A stretch of 64,000 nt of DNA from a virus, in IMG/VR virus record IMGVR_UViG_3300032294_003343, positions 96,001 to 160,000 of that record, one strand, 5' to 3'. The notes under the pieces were generated by a model. That model saw only the letters and a program-made list of their open reading frames with translations. It was not told the origin of the DNA and searched no databases. This document shows, in pieces, positions 19,431 to 29,405 of the stretch. A program made the position numbers and the translations under genes. Position 1 is the stretch's first letter. Each line of letters opens with the position of its first letter.

Positions 19431-20500
19431 TGCAAATCATCTTTTGTTAATGGACTACCTTTTTTCAAATCTTTGTTTAGGATAAATTCATTATCCATAA
19501 ATTCTCTAGAAGTGATTTGATTTATGTCTGGTAAATAAGGTACAGCCGCATAAACATCCTTTAATGTTACAGTATACCCTTTTTTCAAATCCTTATTTAT
19601 ATAAAAGCCTCGGTAAAGAGCAGCTAAATATTCACTCTCTTTTTCATCAATAATTCTTCTTTGTGATGAGGATGTTCCACACATTTGGTTTGACTTATGA
19701 AATGCTTTGAACCATTCGTCAACTTGATGAGGTAAAGAACAATATTTACTTACTTCTTTCTGCTCATGGTTTTTTGGATAAGGTATATCAATGTGTCTCT
19801 CCCAAGTCCTTACTCCTTTTGCATAAGAAATGAACATTGAAGATTCCCAATCGTGATACTCATGAGTGGAAAAACCAATTGTATGATTTGGATATTTAGA
19901 TTTCAAATAGTCTATTTGATTTAACTCAAGTTCAGAGTCTTCGCTTGGATATTTAGAAACACAATGATTTATAGCTAATGGGATTTTTCTATTGTCAAAA
20001 AATCTAACGACATCATCAATTTGTTTTTCATTAGCCCCACCAGTAGAGATAATTACAGGTTTCTTAGTACTGGCAATTTTTTGAAGCAGAATCCAATCAT
20101 TGATATCTGCACTAGAAACTTTGATAATTGGTAAATCAAATTGCACACACCAATCAACAGACTTTTCGTCAAAAGGTGTAGCCATGGGTATGCAATTAGT
20201 TTTCTTGATGTATTCGACAAGTTCAGACATTTCGTCAAAACTTAGCTTTGTTTTTAAAGTTTTTTGAATGTATCTTTCTTTTTTGGGAAGAGTAAGTAAA
20301 TCTTGATTCTTCCCATTATCAACAAACTCACTATGAATGAAATTTTCAACATCTCTGAATTGCAACTTAATTGCAGCTTTGATTTTGTTATTTCGTACAA
20401 CAGAAGCAAATTCTTTAACTATTTGTTTGCCTCTTGACAAAGAGCCCCAATGGTTATTTGCAAGCTCTAAAACAAATAAATTATGGAAAATTTCGTTCAT
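19427..20500 (-). CDS. neuB: N-acetylneuraminate/nonulosonate synthase family protein (NeuB/SpsE) with SAF domain
   Basis: ELANNHWG, KLQ, TPFD, IISTG, HCVSKYP, GFSTH and ERH motifs. Confidence 0.85.
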   Translation of the reverse strand: MNEIFHNLFVLELANNHWGSLSRGKQIVKEFASVVRNNKIKAAIKLQFRDVENFIHSEFVDNGKNQDLLTLPKKERYIQKTLKTKLSFDEMSELVEYIKKTNCIPMATPFDEKSVDWCVQFDLPIIKVSSADINDWILLQKIASTKKPVIISTGGANEKQIDDVVRFFDNRKIPLAINHCVSKYPSEDSELELNQIDYLKSKYPNHTIGFSTHEYHDWESSMFISYAKGVRTWERHIDIPYPKNHEQKEVSKYCSLPHQVDEWFKAFHKSNQMCGTSSSQRRIIDEKESEYLAALYRGFYINKDLKKGYTVTLKDVYAAVPYLPDINQITSREFMDNEFILNKDLKKGSPLTKDDLQ

Positions 20501-20507
20501 AAAAATA

Positions 20508-21404
20508 TTATAGTGTAAATTGAACTAAAGGTAAAGTAATTCCAGTTTGATCAATAACTTCAGACTTGTATCCATATGATTCCAAAATCTTTGTAAATGT
20601 ATCAATGTTAAGTACTCCATTTACATTATGAGCTTCCACAATAATTTTGGGTTTATAATGATCAAAAAACTCTTTATTTTCAAAGATAAAAGATTCTGCA
20701 CCCTCAATATCACACTTAATAAAATCAACTCTATCAAGGTTATATTTTTGTACGATATCAAAAAGAGTGTAACATTTTACTTCAACAATCTCGCCTCTTT
20801 CTCCAACAAGATCAACTGCTGAAGATCCCATATTTTGTTCAAGCGAAAATTTCAGTGTTCCAGTATGTGTCCAAACTGCAGCATTTAATAATTCAATATT
20901 CTCTGATTGAAACAACGCAATATTTTTTTGCAAGCATTCGAAGTTTGTAAAATCAGGTTCCATAGCAATAACTTTTCCTGACTTTCCAACATTATTTGAA
21001 AAAGCTATTGACGTTAAGCCAGAATATGCACCAAGGTCAAACACTACATGTCCTTCTGACAAATTAGCAAAATCCAAATATTGCTCAATTGTTACAAATG
21101 GTTCAGCAAGTGATGGGCAAAAAGGCTCAAATAAATCAAATCCCTTGACCTTATGTTGTGCAGGTTTTGAAAAATCTACTACTTTTTTCCCATCTACAAT
21201 TTTGTAAGAAACTGAACTAAAATAATAGTCAAACCCATACATTATAGTTTTTATGTAAACATTTTGTCTTTTATTGATAATAACGATTTGATCATCATTA
21301 ATAATGTGGATATTGTCATCTACTTCTACCACTTGCATGTTCAGTTCTAACATTGCTTCATAAACTGTTTTCTTTTTTGGTAAAACATCAGTTTCAGTTA
21401 CCAT
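20508..21404 (-). CDS. FkbM-family SAM methyltransferase
   Basis: VFDLGAYSG, AMEPD and DFIKCDIEGAE motifs. Confidence 0.85.
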   Translation of the reverse strand: MVTETDVLPKKKTVYEAMLELNMQVVEVDDNIHIINDDQIVIINKRQNVYIKTIMYGFDYYFSSVSYKIVDGKKVVDFSKPAQHKVKGFDLFEPFCPSLAEPFVTIEQYLDFANLSEGHVVFDLGAYSGLTSIAFSNNVGKSGKVIAMEPDFTNFECLQKNIALFQSENIELLNAAVWTHTGTLKFSLEQNMGSSAVDLVGERGEIVEVKCYTLFDIVQKYNLDRVDFIKCDIEGAESFIFENKEFFDHYKPKIIVEAHNVNGVLNIDTFTKILESYGYKSEVIDQTGITLPLVQFTL

Positions 21405-22351
21405 ATAAAATTCTCCTTATAGTATTTGATAATTTCAATAATTTCATTATCAAAAATACACTTTGGTGTCCATCCAAGATTTCGCAATTTACTGTCATTG
21501 AGTGCATATCTGACATCTTGACCTGGTCTAACAATATTAAAATCGATGTACTCTCTCGGATCTTCAATATGTTTGTCAAAGTAGATATCTAATATTTTTT
21601 CAACTGTTCTTATATTTGATTGTTCAAATCCACCAGCAACATTAAATATCTCATTTTTACAATTGTTCTCAATTATAGTCAAAACAGCGCTGGCGGTATC
21701 TTTAGCATGCAACCAATTTCTTACAGGTTTGCCTTCTGCATGTAAAGGTATTCTTCTGCCAAGTTTAAGGAATTTACACGCTTTTGGGATAAGTTTTTCT
21801 ACATATTGACCTATGCCATAATTATTTGTTGGTCTGATTATAATATAGGGTATGTTGTAAGTTCTTGACCATGCTGTAATCAATTGATCTGCAGCAGCCT
21901 TGGTTGCTGAATAAGGGTTAGATGGCTTAAGAACGTCAGTTTCAATATGTTCACCATCTGATATATCACCATAAACTTCATCAGTGCTAAAATGAATAAA
22001 TGTAGGAACAATATATCCCTCTTTTTGATAAGCCCTCAAAAGTTCAAGAATGTTATAAACACCATCAATGTTTGAATGTAAAAAATCATCACTTTTACGT
22101 ATTGAATTATCTACATGTGTTTCGGCTGCAGTATTGATAAAATAATCGCAGTCAACCAATCTATCTAAATCACATATATCTTTTTCTTCAAACTTAAACT
22201 TTGGATTAGATTTAAATTCTTCCAATTTAGAAATTCTTGATGCATATGTACATTTATCAATTCCGAAAACATACCAGCCTTTATCAAGACAAGCTTGAGT
22301 TACATATGACCCAATAAATCCTAAGCATCCTGTCACGTATACTACTTTCAT
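21398..22351 (-). CDS. rmlB: dTDP/NDP-glucose 4,6-dehydratase
   Basis: GCLGFIG, AAETHVDNS, STDEVYG, YSATK and RPGQDVRY motifs. Start moved to ATG 22351 (ATGA overlap). Confidence 0.85.
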   Translation of the reverse strand: MKVVYVTGCLGFIGSYVTQACLDKGWYVFGIDKCTYASRISKLEEFKSNPKFKFEEKDICDLDRLVDCDYFINTAAETHVDNSIRKSDDFLHSNIDGVYNILELLRAYQKEGYIVPTFIHFSTDEVYGDISDGEHIETDVLKPSNPYSATKAAADQLITAWSRTYNIPYIIIRPTNNYGIGQYVEKLIPKACKFLKLGRRIPLHAEGKPVRNWLHAKDTASAVLTIIENNCKNEIFNVAGGFEQSNIRTVEKILDIYFDKHIEDPREYIDFNIVRPGQDVRYALNDSKLRNLGWTPKCIFDNEIIEIIKYYKENFIW

Positions 22352-23223
22352 GATGTTTTCTTTTTCTTTTTGCAAGCTAGCATATATAAGTTTGTGAAAT
22401 GAACATAATCTAAAGCTGCCTGATAATTCAAAACTTGCTCCTTGATAATTTCAAGTCCACAAGATTCAATTAAGCAATGCAAAGATTTATTAGAATAAAA
22501 ATTTATATGTTCATGCCAATGTTTTTTAGTTTTATATAGATCTAATGACTCATTATTTTTTGCCATAAGATCTTCACAAGGAACCTCTAGATATAAAACC
22601 GTATTTTCGCTCATGGATTCAATTATATCCATAAGTAATTGCTTTGGATAAGAGACATGTTCAAGAACATTGCTACAAACTACCAAATCATAAGCATGAT
22701 TTTTAATCATAGATGGTTCTATTTTTTCACAATTTGGAAACAATGTTTTGTCTGTCCATTCATAGATGTAAACTTTGCTAGCTGTTTCTAAAAATGGAGT
22801 GTTTTTACCATCATCTCCTCCCCAATCCAATACGAGTGGTTTAATGCTGATAAAGTCAAGAAAACTTTCAATTTCTTTTTTATATCCAATAGCTACATCC
22901 AAATTTTTCTGTTTATCTTTATAACCTGGTTCATAAGAATCTCTGACATCTATATATTTTGATTCTCTGTAATTCTCATATAAGTTTTTTAATTCATGAT
23001 CTTCAAATCTGAAATCACTGAATAAAAAACCACAATCTTGGCATTGCACAGACTTGCAAGGCATATAAATAGTGCCATTTGGTACTCCATACAAATTCCA
23101 TGTGTCATCTATTTCAAATAAATCATAATCGAATATCATTTTTGACATAAATGGCATCAAAATAGCAGAAGATTTTTCTAGTTTTTTACTTTCACAACAA
23201 GGGCAGGATAAAGCTAAATTCAT
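22348..23223 (-). CDS. Class I SAM-dependent methyltransferase with N-terminal Zn ribbon
   Basis: CPCC..CQDC, VLDWGGDDG, SNVLEHV, YLEVP and HEHINFY motifs. Confidence 0.8.
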   Translation of the reverse strand: MNLALSCPCCESKKLEKSSAILMPFMSKMIFDYDLFEIDDTWNLYGVPNGTIYMPCKSVQCQDCGFLFSDFRFEDHELKNLYENYRESKYIDVRDSYEPGYKDKQKNLDVAIGYKKEIESFLDFISIKPLVLDWGGDDGKNTPFLETASKVYIYEWTDKTLFPNCEKIEPSMIKNHAYDLVVCSNVLEHVSYPKQLLMDIIESMSENTVLYLEVPCEDLMAKNNESLDLYKTKKHWHEHINFYSNKSLHCLIESCGLEIIKEQVLNYQAALDYVHFTNLYMLACKKKKKTS

Positions 23224-23350
23224 TTTGCATTCTCAAAAAAATATTATACATTCATAATTAACAAACGTAAAAACTTGACCAACATAATCTCTATAGTTAT
23301 TGAAAATTGATTTTTTTATAAGTAGGTATAATTAAATTAGGATTATTTAT
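23224..23350. promoter_or_regulatory. Divergent promoter region of the sugar island
   Basis: AT-rich gap between divergent operons, with TGTATAAT on the minus strand (23243-23250) and GGTATAAT on the plus strand (23325-23332). No well-spaced -35 box. Confidence 0.55.
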
Positions 23351-23752
23351 ATGAATAGAAAATATTTACCAACTCTTTCAGAACTCGTTGATCGTCTTTC
23401 AATTGTGCAGCTTAAAGAAGTTTTTATAACTGAACATAAGGCTGAATATGCAGAGGAAATTGCTGCAATTGTTCATGATATCCAGGCACATCTTGATGAA
23501 AATGATGCTGTTGTAGATGCAGAGGTAATTCGTGCAATAGTTGTTCTTTCGCAAATGAATTTACATATTTGGCATAATGAAACTAATTATCGTAAGGGTA
23601 TCAAGGATGGAAACAATCTTGAACTAACTCATGGATTGAATGGAATTAGAAATACTGCTAAAAACAAAATTCAAGAAGTTTGTGGTGGTAGAAAAGATTA
23701 TAAGATCGATTGTCTTGCTGCTGATTTCAAAGATTGGGAGATTAGCTGGTAA
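23351..23752 (+). CDS. Small helical protein (DUF6165-like)
   Basis: SELVDRLSIVQLKE..NLHIWHNE..RNTAKNKI pattern. Confidence 0.55.
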   Translation: MNRKYLPTLSELVDRLSIVQLKEVFITEHKAEYAEEIAAIVHDIQAHLDENDAVVDAEVIRAIVVLSQMNLHIWHNETNYRKGIKDGNNLELTHGLNGIRNTAKNKIQEVCGGRKDYKIDCLAADFKDWEISW

Positions 23753-24690
23753 TGGAAAAAGTCTTAATTACTGGTGGAGCTGGATATTTAGGTTCTACCC
23801 TTACTGAAGTGTTGTTGTCTAAAGGCTATGCAGTTACTGTATTAGACAATTTAACTTATAAGCAACTTTCTCTCACGTCTTTCTGTCATAATAAAAACTT
23901 CAATCTTATTGTTGGAGATGTACGGGATACCAAACTTCTTACAAGTCTGGTGGAAACTCATGACATCATCATTCCATTAGCTGCAATTGTAGGTATGCCA
24001 GCTTGTAAAAAAGATCCAGATCTAACAGTAGCTGTAAATTATCAACAAATTAAAAACATTGTTGAGGTAATTCAGCCAAGTCAGAAATTGTTAGTTCCTA
24101 ATACAAACTCTCAATATGGAAGTTCTGAAACAATCATTACAGAAGAAAGTCCATTCAATCCTCTTTCTCTTTATGCGCAAACAAAATGCGATGCTGAAAA
24201 GCGTGTTTTAGAATGGGGTAATGGTATTTCTTTAAGGCTTGCAACAGTATTTGGAGTTTCTTACAGACAAAGAATGGATTTGCTTGTAAATGATTTTGTT
24301 TATCGAGCTTTCACTGATGAGTTTTTAGTTTTATTCGAATCTCATTTCTTACGAAACTATGTGCATGTAAGAGATGTTGCTAAAGCTTTTGTTCATTTGA
24401 TTGAAAATTATGAAACCTGCAATAACAATGCATTCAATGTAGGTCTTACTTCTGCAAACATGTCAAAACTTCAACTTGCTCAAAAGGTCAAAGAATATGT
24501 GCCAAGCTTAGTCATTATTGAAGAACAATTTAAAGAAGATTTTGATAAGAGAAACTATGTTGTTTCTAATGAGAAACTTGAAAAAACAGGTTGGTCATGT
24601 GATTTTTCATTGGACGCTGGAATTCAAGAATTGCTTATGGCATATCAAATGATAGCGAATTTCAAGAATAAAGATTTTACAAATTTATAG
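23752..24690 (+). CDS. NAD-dependent epimerase/dehydratase
   Basis: GGAGYLG, YAQTK and LRLATVFG motifs. Confidence 0.88.
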   Translation: MEKVLITGGAGYLGSTLTEVLLSKGYAVTVLDNLTYKQLSLTSFCHNKNFNLIVGDVRDTKLLTSLVETHDIIIPLAAIVGMPACKKDPDLTVAVNYQQIKNIVEVIQPSQKLLVPNTNSQYGSSETIITEESPFNPLSLYAQTKCDAEKRVLEWGNGISLRLATVFGVSYRQRMDLLVNDFVYRAFTDEFLVLFESHFLRNYVHVRDVAKAFVHLIENYETCNNNAFNVGLTSANMSKLQLAQKVKEYVPSLVIIEEQFKEDFDKRNYVVSNEKLEKTGWSCDFSLDAGIQELLMAYQMIANFKNKDFTNL

Positions 24691-24697
24691 GAATATT

Positions 24698-25717
24698 ATG
24701 AAAGTACTCTTCGTTTACAAACCTTTTTATCAACATGATACAAAATCAGAAAACCATCAAGAAAAGCTTAGAGGTTCATTTCATGCAGCTTTTGGTGAAG
24801 ATAACCCAGATTATCAAATGGAAGTTTTACATTTCGGTAATGCTCCTGGATTAATTAGAACCCCCAAAGAAATGAATGAAGAAATGCTCAAGAGAGATTT
24901 CGATATTTGTATTGTATGCGAAGAACTTCATTTTGCGGTTGAGCTAGATACTATCAAAAAACTTGGTAAGAAGTTATTTCTTACTAATTGGGACTTGTTT
25001 ATTGGAACAGCTCCGAGCATACATGTCAACTTCAGATTAATGATTAAGAAGCCTAGAATCTGGGGTGAGCACAAATTTCCAGTTCCAATGATTGAAGCAA
25101 CTCAATATTGTAAGTTTTTAGTTGGTGACTATGGTTACGATGAAATTCTTCCAAATATGTATGCTATTGATCAGCCTATAGATTCACGAGTTTTTAATAC
25201 TGAAGGATGCACTGAAGAAAGTAGAACTACAGATGTTGGCTTCAATGGAATGATTTATATTCAAGAAAGAGCTAGATATTATGAACTCTTTCGAAAAGCT
25301 AATCTGCCTATCACATATACCGGAAGCGTCAACAAAGATATTTTCCCAGCTCAAGTTTTGTCAACTAAAGACTATGCTGAGATTTATAAGAAAACCAAAA
25401 TCTCTTTGTGTTTTACAGAAGCAATTTTTAGTCCAAACAATCATACAAGAAAAGGCAGAATTTCAGAAGTAGCATCTTGTGGAAGTTTTTTACTTACTAC
25501 TCATCCTGACTGTATGAAGTATCGTGATAAGTCTTGGTACAAAATTGGGGAGCATTTTGACTCTATGGATGAATCTGACTGTGTAGATAAAGTTAGATAT
25601 TATTTGAATAATCCTGAAAAAAGAATTCAAATGGCTGATGCAATGCATAAACATTGGCAAGAAAATTATTCTCCAGTCAAATGGTGGGGAAATGTCTTTA
25701 GATGGGCAAAATTATAA
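24698..25717 (+). CDS. GT-B glycosyltransferase, CgeB/Glyco_trans_1_2-like (paralogue 1)
   Basis: C-terminal KTKISL..KGRISEVASCGSFLLT..DKVRYYLNNPEKR. Confidence 0.75.
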   Translation: MKVLFVYKPFYQHDTKSENHQEKLRGSFHAAFGEDNPDYQMEVLHFGNAPGLIRTPKEMNEEMLKRDFDICIVCEELHFAVELDTIKKLGKKLFLTNWDLFIGTAPSIHVNFRLMIKKPRIWGEHKFPVPMIEATQYCKFLVGDYGYDEILPNMYAIDQPIDSRVFNTEGCTEESRTTDVGFNGMIYIQERARYYELFRKANLPITYTGSVNKDIFPAQVLSTKDYAEIYKKTKISLCFTEAIFSPNNHTRKGRISEVASCGSFLLTTHPDCMKYRDKSWYKIGEHFDSMDESDCVDKVRYYLNNPEKRIQMADAMHKHWQENYSPVKWWGNVFRWAKL

Positions 25718-25751
25718 ACTGTTAGTATAATGAGAATAAGGTAAAAAATAT

Positions 25752-27260
25752 ATGCGAAAACTAGATATTTTGTTTGTACACCCCAATGCTTCTGAAATTA
25801 TTTACCAGGATTTGAGCAAAAAAAGTGCTGCAATTGAACCACCAATTTGGGCAGGCATGTTGGCAAATCACGTAAGGACTAGAAATTTTTCAGCTGCTAT
25901 CTTAGATTGTGAAGCTGAGAGATTGAATTGGGAAGATGCTAGTAAAACTATTGTTGATTATAATGCAAAAGTAATTTGTTTTGTAGTTTATGGCCAACAA
26001 CCTTCTGCTTCTTCACAAAACATGACTGGAGCAGTTGGTATTGCTAGATTAGTAAAGCAACTTACAGATACTCCTATTGTCTTTGTTGGTGGCCATGTTG
26101 CTGCATTACCAGATGAAGTTCTTGCTGAAGATTGTGTTGATATCGTACTTCTTAACGAAGGTGTGTATGCAATCTCAAACTTGCTTTCTACAGATTTGTC
26201 TGTCGAGCAGCTTAAAAACTGCACTGGAATTGGATTCAAATTAGATGGACAAATTTACAAAAATGAACCAGAAAGAATTGTTCCTAAATCCTTATTAGAG
26301 CAAGATTTACCTGGAATGGCTTGGGATTTACTTCCATCATTCAATAAATACAGAACTGCAGGATGGCATTCATGGAGTAATAATACGGAAAATGCTCCTT
26401 TTGCTGCTCTTTACACAAGTTTAGGTTGTCCTTACAAGTGCTCGTTTTGTATGATCAACATCATCAATAGAACAAGTAATCTCCCATTGATTACTTCTGA
26501 AGATTCTAATATGTTCAGATGGTGGACCCCAGAATTTATTATCAAGCAGTTTGATTATTTTGCTGAAAACAATGTTAGAAATATCAAGATTGCTGATGAA
26601 TTATTTGTATTGAATCCAAATCATTTTCAAAAAATATGTAACTTAATTATTGAGCGTGGATATGATTTTAACATCTGGGCATATTCTCGTGTAGATACTT
26701 GTAAACCACAATTTTTAGATACATTAAAGAAAGCTGGTGTTAATTGGCTTGGACTTGGAATTGAAAACCCAAATCAAACTTTGAGACAAGAGATTCACAA
26801 AGATCACTTTGTTGATGTAAAAATTACTGATTTGATGCAAAATATGAGAGATGCTGGAATAAGCATTGGTGGAAATTATATTTTTGGATTGCCAATGGAT
26901 ACTCATGAATCTATGCAAAATACTTTAGATTTTGCTATGGCTAATAAAACCGAAATGGCAAATTTTTACTGTGCTATGGCATATCCAGGAAGCCCACTTT
27001 ATAAAACAGCAGTTGCAAAGGGTTGGAAGCTTCCAGAAACATATTCAGGATATAGCCAACATTCATATGACATGTTGAATTTGTCAAATGATTTTCTTTC
27101 TGCCAAAGACATCGTAGCATTCCGAGATAAAGCTTTTGTAACTTATCATTCTGATGAAAACTACTTAAACTTGTTAGAAAATAAATTTGGCGTTCATGCA
27201 AAACACAATGTTGAAGATGTGTTGAAGATTAAACTTAAGAGAAAGTTATTAGGTGATTAA
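25752..27260 (+). CDS. Cobalamin-binding radical SAM protein
   Basis: N-terminal B12-binding region (EPPIW..VGGH..NEG) and CPYKCSFC cluster motif. Confidence 0.9.
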   Translation: MRKLDILFVHPNASEIIYQDLSKKSAAIEPPIWAGMLANHVRTRNFSAAILDCEAERLNWEDASKTIVDYNAKVICFVVYGQQPSASSQNMTGAVGIARLVKQLTDTPIVFVGGHVAALPDEVLAEDCVDIVLLNEGVYAISNLLSTDLSVEQLKNCTGIGFKLDGQIYKNEPERIVPKSLLEQDLPGMAWDLLPSFNKYRTAGWHSWSNNTENAPFAALYTSLGCPYKCSFCMINIINRTSNLPLITSEDSNMFRWWTPEFIIKQFDYFAENNVRNIKIADELFVLNPNHFQKICNLIIERGYDFNIWAYSRVDTCKPQFLDTLKKAGVNWLGLGIENPNQTLRQEIHKDHFVDVKITDLMQNMRDAGISIGGNYIFGLPMDTHESMQNTLDFAMANKTEMANFYCAMAYPGSPLYKTAVAKGWKLPETYSGYSQHSYDMLNLSNDFLSAKDIVAFRDKAFVTYHSDENYLNLLENKFGVHAKHNVEDVLKIKLKRKLLGD

Positions 27261-27803
27261 ATGAAAAAGGCACTCATTATTACTTGGGAAAAGTATCAAG
27301 ACCACGAACTAATTTATCCATATTATTCATTAAAAGAACATGGGTATGAAGTGACTTTGATGGCTAATCAAGTTGGAAAAATTTGGGGCAGCTTGGGAAC
27401 TCATATGCCTTGTGATGTTGAGACTAAAGTTTTTGAAGATGAAAATATTCGTCAAGAATTTTTAAAAGATTACGAAATTCTAGTAGTTCCTGGTGGTGTC
27501 AAAGCACTTGAAAAATTGCGACAAGAAAAGGGTGTTTTGGAATTTATTCGTCAGTGGAATTCACAAAATAAAACAATTTTCTGTATTTGCAATGGTGCTC
27601 AGTTATTAATTTCAGCAAAAATCTTAAATGGTAGAGTGATGTCTGGTTATTACTCTATTGATGTTGACATCGAAAATGCTGGTGCTACTTATGATAGAAG
27701 CCCAGTAGTAGTTGATGAAAATATCATTTCTTGCCCACATTATGACTTTATGGGCTTGTGGCTTAAGACTGCTTTTGAAGTACATGAAAACAGGAACATA
27801 TAG
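27261..27803 (+). CDS. DJ-1/PfpI family protein
   Basis: YQDHELIYP, VVPGG, CICNGAQLL and VVVDENIIS motifs. Confidence 0.85.
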   Translation: MKKALIITWEKYQDHELIYPYYSLKEHGYEVTLMANQVGKIWGSLGTHMPCDVETKVFEDENIRQEFLKDYEILVVPGGVKALEKLRQEKGVLEFIRQWNSQNKTIFCICNGAQLLISAKILNGRVMSGYYSIDVDIENAGATYDRSPVVVDENIISCPHYDFMGLWLKTAFEVHENRNI

Positions 27804-28458
27804 CAATAATATTGTCAAGAAACCTTGGGGTTATGAATATTTAGTATTTGAAAATTCCCAAGTGGCTTTATGGGCTTTATTTATTGCAAAAAATCACCAA
27901 ACATCAATGCACTGTCATCCCAATAAAACAACTGGGCTGATAGTGCTTGATGGAGCTTGTGAGATAAGTTTTTTTTCTAACTCTTTTGTTGTAGATGAGC
28001 TGGACAAAATTATGATTAGAAAAGGCTTATTTCATTCAACTAAATCAATAAGCGAAAATGGATCAGTAGTTTTTGAAATTGAAACACCAAATAACAAGCA
28101 AGATTTAGTTCGATTCGATGATTCTTATGGTAGAAAAGGTTTACCTTATGAGGGCAAAGAATTTGAACAACCCAAATCTGACAGTTGTTTGTGGATCAAT
28201 GAAGATTTTCAATTAAATTTTTCAAAATTTGCAAATTGTGAGTTAGAAATTCACACAGTTGATGATATTTCATTTTTTGACAATTACGATGATTCAGTCA
28301 ATTTTATATTTTTAAGTGGCGGTGTTATGACAAACTATGACGTAACACTTGTTAATCCTGGCGACATCATCAACAATATTATTGCAAAAAAAATTACTAG
28401 TATTTTTAAAAATATCATTCCAAATACAAAATTATTGATTATCAAAAAGGCAAAATAA
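27784..28458 (+). CDS. Cupin (mannose-6-phosphate isomerase type II-like) protein
   Basis: KKPWGYE, SMHCHPNK, FH and EIETP..DLVRFDDSYGR motifs. Start moved to ATG 27784. Confidence 0.75.
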   Translation: MKTGTYSNNIVKKPWGYEYLVFENSQVALWALFIAKNHQTSMHCHPNKTTGLIVLDGACEISFFSNSFVVDELDKIMIRKGLFHSTKSISENGSVVFEIETPNNKQDLVRFDDSYGRKGLPYEGKEFEQPKSDSCLWINEDFQLNFSKFANCELEIHTVDDISFFDNYDDSVNFIFLSGGVMTNYDVTLVNPGDIINNIIAKKITSIFKNIIPNTKLLIIKKAK

Positions 28459-28484
28459 GCATATAATTATTTAGAGGTTTTAAT

Positions 28485-29405
28485 ATGTCTACTTATCCAG
28501 AAAGAAAACAAAGATTTGAAAATTTAAAAGAAGCATGGTCATTGAATCAATTGAATGATTTGATGTTACAATACAATCCTCCTCAAAATTTATTGTCTGA
28601 TTTCAAGTTTGCTGTAATGCTTTATATTTCAAAAGCATTTGATTTTGAATTTACAGCTGATGAAACTGAATTTATTAACAGGCTTGATAGCAAGAGATAT
28701 TTTAAGGATAATGTCACGCCAAATGGAGCTGTCGTTCCAAAAAAAGAATATCAATTAGAATTTAATATGGTCTTGAGGGCATGGTCTAAATTAGTTCAAA
28801 ATATGATATCAGGCCAACCAAGTTTACTTAATAAAATTAGAATGACACCTAATGTAAGAATTAAGTTTGGTGTTGAGCTTGAAGAAAATTATGGTAGGCC
28901 ATTAAATACTAGTATTCCACATTCTGATGCCTGGATTGATGGTCCTTGGGGAATAATTTGTTTCACACCATTGCTAGGCGATGTTGAAAACAACAATTTA
29001 TATCATTATAAGCCAAAAAATCCTGATCAATTTAACGATGATTGGTTAGCATTATCGCCAACTTTCGGAGATATGCAATGGGTTTTAGAGTATTACGAGC
29101 AATCTGATGAAATAACTCCAGTGAAAGGCAAAATTCATTTAGTTGATTATGCTCTTATTCACGAAACACATAGAAATGAAAATTGTGGAACAAGAATTTC
29201 TATCGACACTACTATTTATGTGGGAGATTATGATATTCACGAAGATCGACAATCTGAATATCTTGATGAAATGAAGATTTTTGGAGAAGATCTGTTTATT
29301 ACAACAAATAGATCAGTGCATGAAAATCAAATAGTAGATAAAAAAACTTCTTTTTCTCATTACACATCAGGTACGTTAAAAATCCATAATTGCAATGACA
29401 ACTGA
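28485..29405 (+). CDS. Putative Fe(II)/2OG-type dioxygenase (DSBH fold)
   Basis: PHSDAW (HxD) followed by LIHET and TRISID. Confidence 0.55.
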   Translation: MSTYPERKQRFENLKEAWSLNQLNDLMLQYNPPQNLLSDFKFAVMLYISKAFDFEFTADETEFINRLDSKRYFKDNVTPNGAVVPKKEYQLEFNMVLRAWSKLVQNMISGQPSLLNKIRMTPNVRIKFGVELEENYGRPLNTSIPHSDAWIDGPWGIICFTPLLGDVENNNLYHYKPKNPDQFNDDWLALSPTFGDMQWVLEYYEQSDEITPVKGKIHLVDYALIHETHRNENCGTRISIDTTIYVGDYDIHEDRQSEYLDEMKIFGEDLFITTNRSVHENQIVDKKTSFSHYTSGTLKIHNCNDN

